A program made the translations under genes and the position numbers. DNA of 63,587 nt, filler included, from Phoronis australis (Eukaryota; Animalia; Phoronida), in assembly GCA_002633005.1 (NCBI GenBank). It is 4 parts of 4 records of this genome, joined end to end, with 100 filler letters (N's around TTAATTAATTAA, not from the genome) between each part and the next. Parts side by side here need not be neighbours in the genome. Positions count along the whole stretch, not along the records: positions 37,220 to 62,173 come from NMRA01000995.1; positions 62,274 to 63,587 come from NMRA01003931.1; 2 more parts are not named here. One strand, given 5' to 3'. The notes under the pieces are model-generated. The model had not been told where the DNA came from and did not search any database. It saw only the letters and a program-made list of their open reading frames with translations. Positions 59,814-63,587 of this stretch are shown piece after piece (positions within the stretch are counted from its first letter, which is position 1; each line of letters opens with the position of its first letter).

Positions 59814-62789
59814 GATTTTTTTCATTTTTATTCAACAAATCTGTGTCGTACAATTTAGGCCATTTTTGTCTCCTTGACCATTAAGTTGCCACTTTTTGAG
59901 TTAGAACAAGAAAGCTTAACAAGTTTTATACAATTAATTGACTGAGATCCCTCTCTGGCTTTCTCATCTTGTGAAGTTGACGTTTCACTTATGACGGAGA
60001 CATTGCGACATCATGGCTAGATAATTAATATTTTGAGGTGCAAATTTTCAAAATAGGGTTGCATCCTTCTATAGGCATAAGCCCAATTTCTTGAGTAGAC
60101 TTCATAAGCCTCCATGGTATGCCAGATACTTGTGGAGGTTACATGCGGTCCACTGGTTTGAATCCGAGAATTCTGAAGCCTGTTTCCATGACGCTAGCTG
60201 TGGCCTCGCACAGAAGCAGACGGTCCATATTGATCTTGACAATTTCTCCTGCAAAAAAGCAGTAACATCCATTATTTGCCATAATAGATGGAATAAAGCA
60301 AAATGAATACCAACACTTTTTGAGAAAAGTGCTGTTTGGGACTGCAGAAATTTATTATTATTTTTCCCAAGGTCGGCACTTGTACCAAATTTTAGAAACG
60401 GGCAGTATTGACTGTGACCATTCACCTCGATGTTACACGTGTCAGCTGCAATTTTCTACAAACTGCCAAGTCTGAAAACAATGCCCAATATTTGAGAAAA
60501 TTTTAATTCAGGTTAAATTTTGATGTCCCACATTTTAGACTTTCCCAAACCGGAGAATTTTTTACTTGATAGTAAAGCAACTCGGTGATAGGACAATTCA
60601 AGGGGTCATGATTCCCTGGCCAGATTTTTTGGTAGAAAAGTGTTGTTTACACGCAGCCACAATTTAATACAACATTACTACAATCAGTAATAATTTCAAA
60701 AAATCTTGAATGAATTAACATTGAGGAAAAGGCAACCAATGACGGATGCTAAGTCTCGCCAACACTACTAAAGCTTGTAAATGTACGACTACCGAGGTGA
60801 GAAATCAATGTGATCTTCTAACCTGTTTTCCTGTCCTTTTCTACACAGTAGCACGCATCATAGAACTCGGTGAATGCACCACTGAGTTCGTAGATATAGT
60901 CACACAGGGTGTGAAGGAAAAGGTCGTCTACCACCTTCAGAATAACGTCAGAAAACCTGAAAAAAGGCGGAGGTTAGGGTAAAAATTCTGTTCGCAACAG
61001 AGAAAAATCAGTGTTCTGCTTGTATCAAATTTTAGAAATTTACAATACTGGTTGTCCAAATTCAAGTACTATGAGAAAATACTATTTACCCATGTTTGAA
61101 TTTTTGGAATTCAAGGAGAATGGTACCAACTACAAGAGTTTCAGTTGTGGCTATACGTTTTAACACATTCACTAGTGTTGTCCGACAGTTGATACACAGT
61201 GTCTGACAAGAGAAATACGATGAACGCCAAACTCGCCCATGTCCCATCTTCTGAATAGAGGAAATTCAATTTTTGCGAATTAAAGTTTACCTGGAGACTG
61301 CAAAATGTTTGACGTGATAATGGGTGTTTCTAGAAACGTTATGACCAGATCCTCATAAGTTGAAAATGCAGTTTGGCTCTATGGTTTAAATGCCCGAAAG
61401 CCGGTGTTACGTGACAATGTGCTGAAAGTTGCCAAACACAATATCACAAACTTAGACAATGGTAATAAAAATAGCCAGTGTTTCCGCAATTATCACCGAC
61501 AGTTATAATACTTTAATTAAATTCATTATTTGAAGTTCATACTACAGACTGGGATGAACATGCACTTACTTGGTTATGCACTTGGACAATTTCCACTCTT
61601 TTTCATGGTCCAAGCAGATTGTCGACGCACCGCTGGCATATTTCTTCAATTGGTCACTGGTCACATTAGCGAGGCGAGCGATGGACTTTATCCGAGTGTA
61701 AGCATACAGAAGGTACACAGCGGTGTTGCCTTTGTCATCAAGCATCTGCAAAATGTACGAATCGAAAATCCCACGCATCAATGTAAAATATCAATCCATT
61801 TTTAACGAGCTTGCCCTTTAGTGATGCCCTAAGTGCTGCACAGAACAAACTAAAAGCACAATACAAGTTTTAAATGGTAATGACGTGATTATACAAAGGA
61901 AGCAATGTAGCAATATACCTTTGGGTCTAGAAGTGTGGTAGCACCAGAATTTGAACCCATGACCACACTGCCTCCAAATAAATTAATTGTTCATTTCCCG
62001 AGTTCTTTTTCTTCCAATAAGCAGGTGAATCGTTATGTCTAACACTACTTTCCTTACCTTATCAAACGAGAAGACATAATCATTCATTCTGTAGTGGGAT
62101 AGGTCAGCGTAGCGAATACAACTGTAGGCTACAGCCTCCTGGGCGGCTCGGAACTCCTCGGCAGAAAGAACCTNNNNNNNNNNNNNNNNNNNNNNNNNNN
62201 NNNNNNNNNNNNNNNNNTTAATTAATTAANNNNNNNNNNNNNNNNNNNNNNNNNNNNNNNNNNNNNNNNNNNNATAATAACAATATTAATGGTAATGATA
62301 ATGATAGTGGTAGCGATAGTAATAATGGTTCGTCAAATTGATCCCGTGTCAGCCCGCAGGGAATTCCTACATGAATATTTCGAAGACGTATACGAAAAGT
62401 GTTGCCCAAAAGGGTGTTTTTTTCACAGCAAAAATATTCGCCAACACGGTGCCATTTGCGACAAAATTCTATCTAAAAGGTTGTTATTTTCGGAAATTCT
62501 GGAACACAGCTGTGCGAAAATGTGAATTTTTACAAAAACTACTCTCTTAATGGGTCACTATTTTGTCTGAGCCCACTCTCTAAATGGGTAAATATCCAAA
62601 TTTTTGGTCGGCACCCTTGGTCCAAAAATACTGGAGTACCCACGGTCCTGTCAAATACCACTTCTTCGGAGAGGCTTAGCAACGTAATTGGTAAAAATGA
62701 CGAAACATGTAACAATTACTACATTTTACGAAATTGTTACATTTTAAGGCGTATCAGGGCACCTATCGTGACGTGGAAGGGATTAAATC

Positions 62790-63085
62790 TGTACAGCCAC
62801 ACGCATACCCTTACCAAACACACGCGTTTGGAATGCCGTCTTGAGCTTGATTTGAAGTCAAAACTGTCAGGCCACGTGAAAACAAACGTAAGGATACCGT
62901 GTAAAGAGCGCACTTTTACTTAAACGAGAAATTGCCATCTGAAAGAACACATACCGAGCAAGCACACCATCATTATTGTTGTAGCGAGTGTTTATTCAAT
63001 GCAAAATCCAGGCTATCAATGAAACGTCACATCGACACAAATACACACATGTGCACAAAAACTGTCTTCTTTGTGCAACATATGG
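62790..63085 (+). pseudogene. Degenerate C2H2 zinc-finger-like sequence
   Basis: CSECLFNAKSRLSMKRHIDTNTH plus decayed finger-like segments upstream (LSGHVK, LTKHT), interrupted by a stop and a frameshift. Confidence 0.35.
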
Positions 63086-63587
63086 GAAAGGATCCAATTG
63101 TAGGGACTATGCTGTTAAACACGAAAAGAAGCGTTTCTTTCTAATTACTTTTCTTGCTCTGTAGTTGTTTATTGTTATTGGAGAAGTGTCGTCGTCGTCT
63201 TGCTCAAGGAACTTTTCTACGTAGAGTCAATTTCAAGCAAAAAGCTAGATTTTTGTAATGATGCAGATTTTGGAACACAAGAAAACCTTATGTAAATAAC
63301 GTTCTTGTATTTTCACTGGATCCTATGTACACAATATTTTTTCATACAGGAAACGCCTTTGTCGGACATTTCGAAGCCACATTTTGGGGCAAATCTTCTT
63401 TTCCCACTAGGAACATCTAACAAGGACTAACATCTAAACCTACTTTTCACGAAACAGCTTAATGAATTTTAAGAGTTTTCTTTCAAAATTATCTAAAATT
63501 GCCATTTTAGGGGAAACGGGGAAAAACAGGCAATCAACTTGAAATTCTGACCAGTCGTGGAGAGGGAACGAGGTACACTGGGCTCAA

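Overview
This window is eukaryotic (animal) genomic DNA from a draft scaffold, most likely a marine invertebrate (inferred from the gene and transposon families; the species cannot be fixed). It is not prokaryotic. Host genes: an intronless SENP8/NEDP1 deneddylase (23567-24238, +); a spliced DNAJC21 J-protein/zinc-finger gene (12 exons reconstructed at 46457-58626, +; first exon not found, probably in a gap); and a lone AAMP-like first coding exon (19995-19881, -) lying head-to-head with SENP8. Positions 1-1619 are the right end of a Polinton/Maverick (protein-primed PolB plus an ACTACT terminus). Positions ~2.4-12 kb are a dense patchwork of short transposon fragments: piggyBac, Gypsy, chromodomain, Ngaro/DIRS, RAG1/Transib-like, YqaJ-PHD, Gmr1-like and LINE. 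Every fragment I could recognise lies on the + strand, which resembles a uni-strand piRNA cluster and is the best candidate for an undescribed system here. Other notable items: a perfect 286-bp-arm palindrome built from two inverted LTR-like copies, an internally deleted Kolobok (THAP-transposase plus P2X7-ballast-like KolX), MITE pairs with 6-bp and 5-bp TSDs sharing a core, nested Harbinger/Tc1/Helentron-type elements, a ~1.13-kb hairpin-containing tandem repeat with a fixed terminus, and several assembly artefacts (100-bp gap linkers, single-N duplications). All family assignments come from motif recognition by eye; no database search was run.
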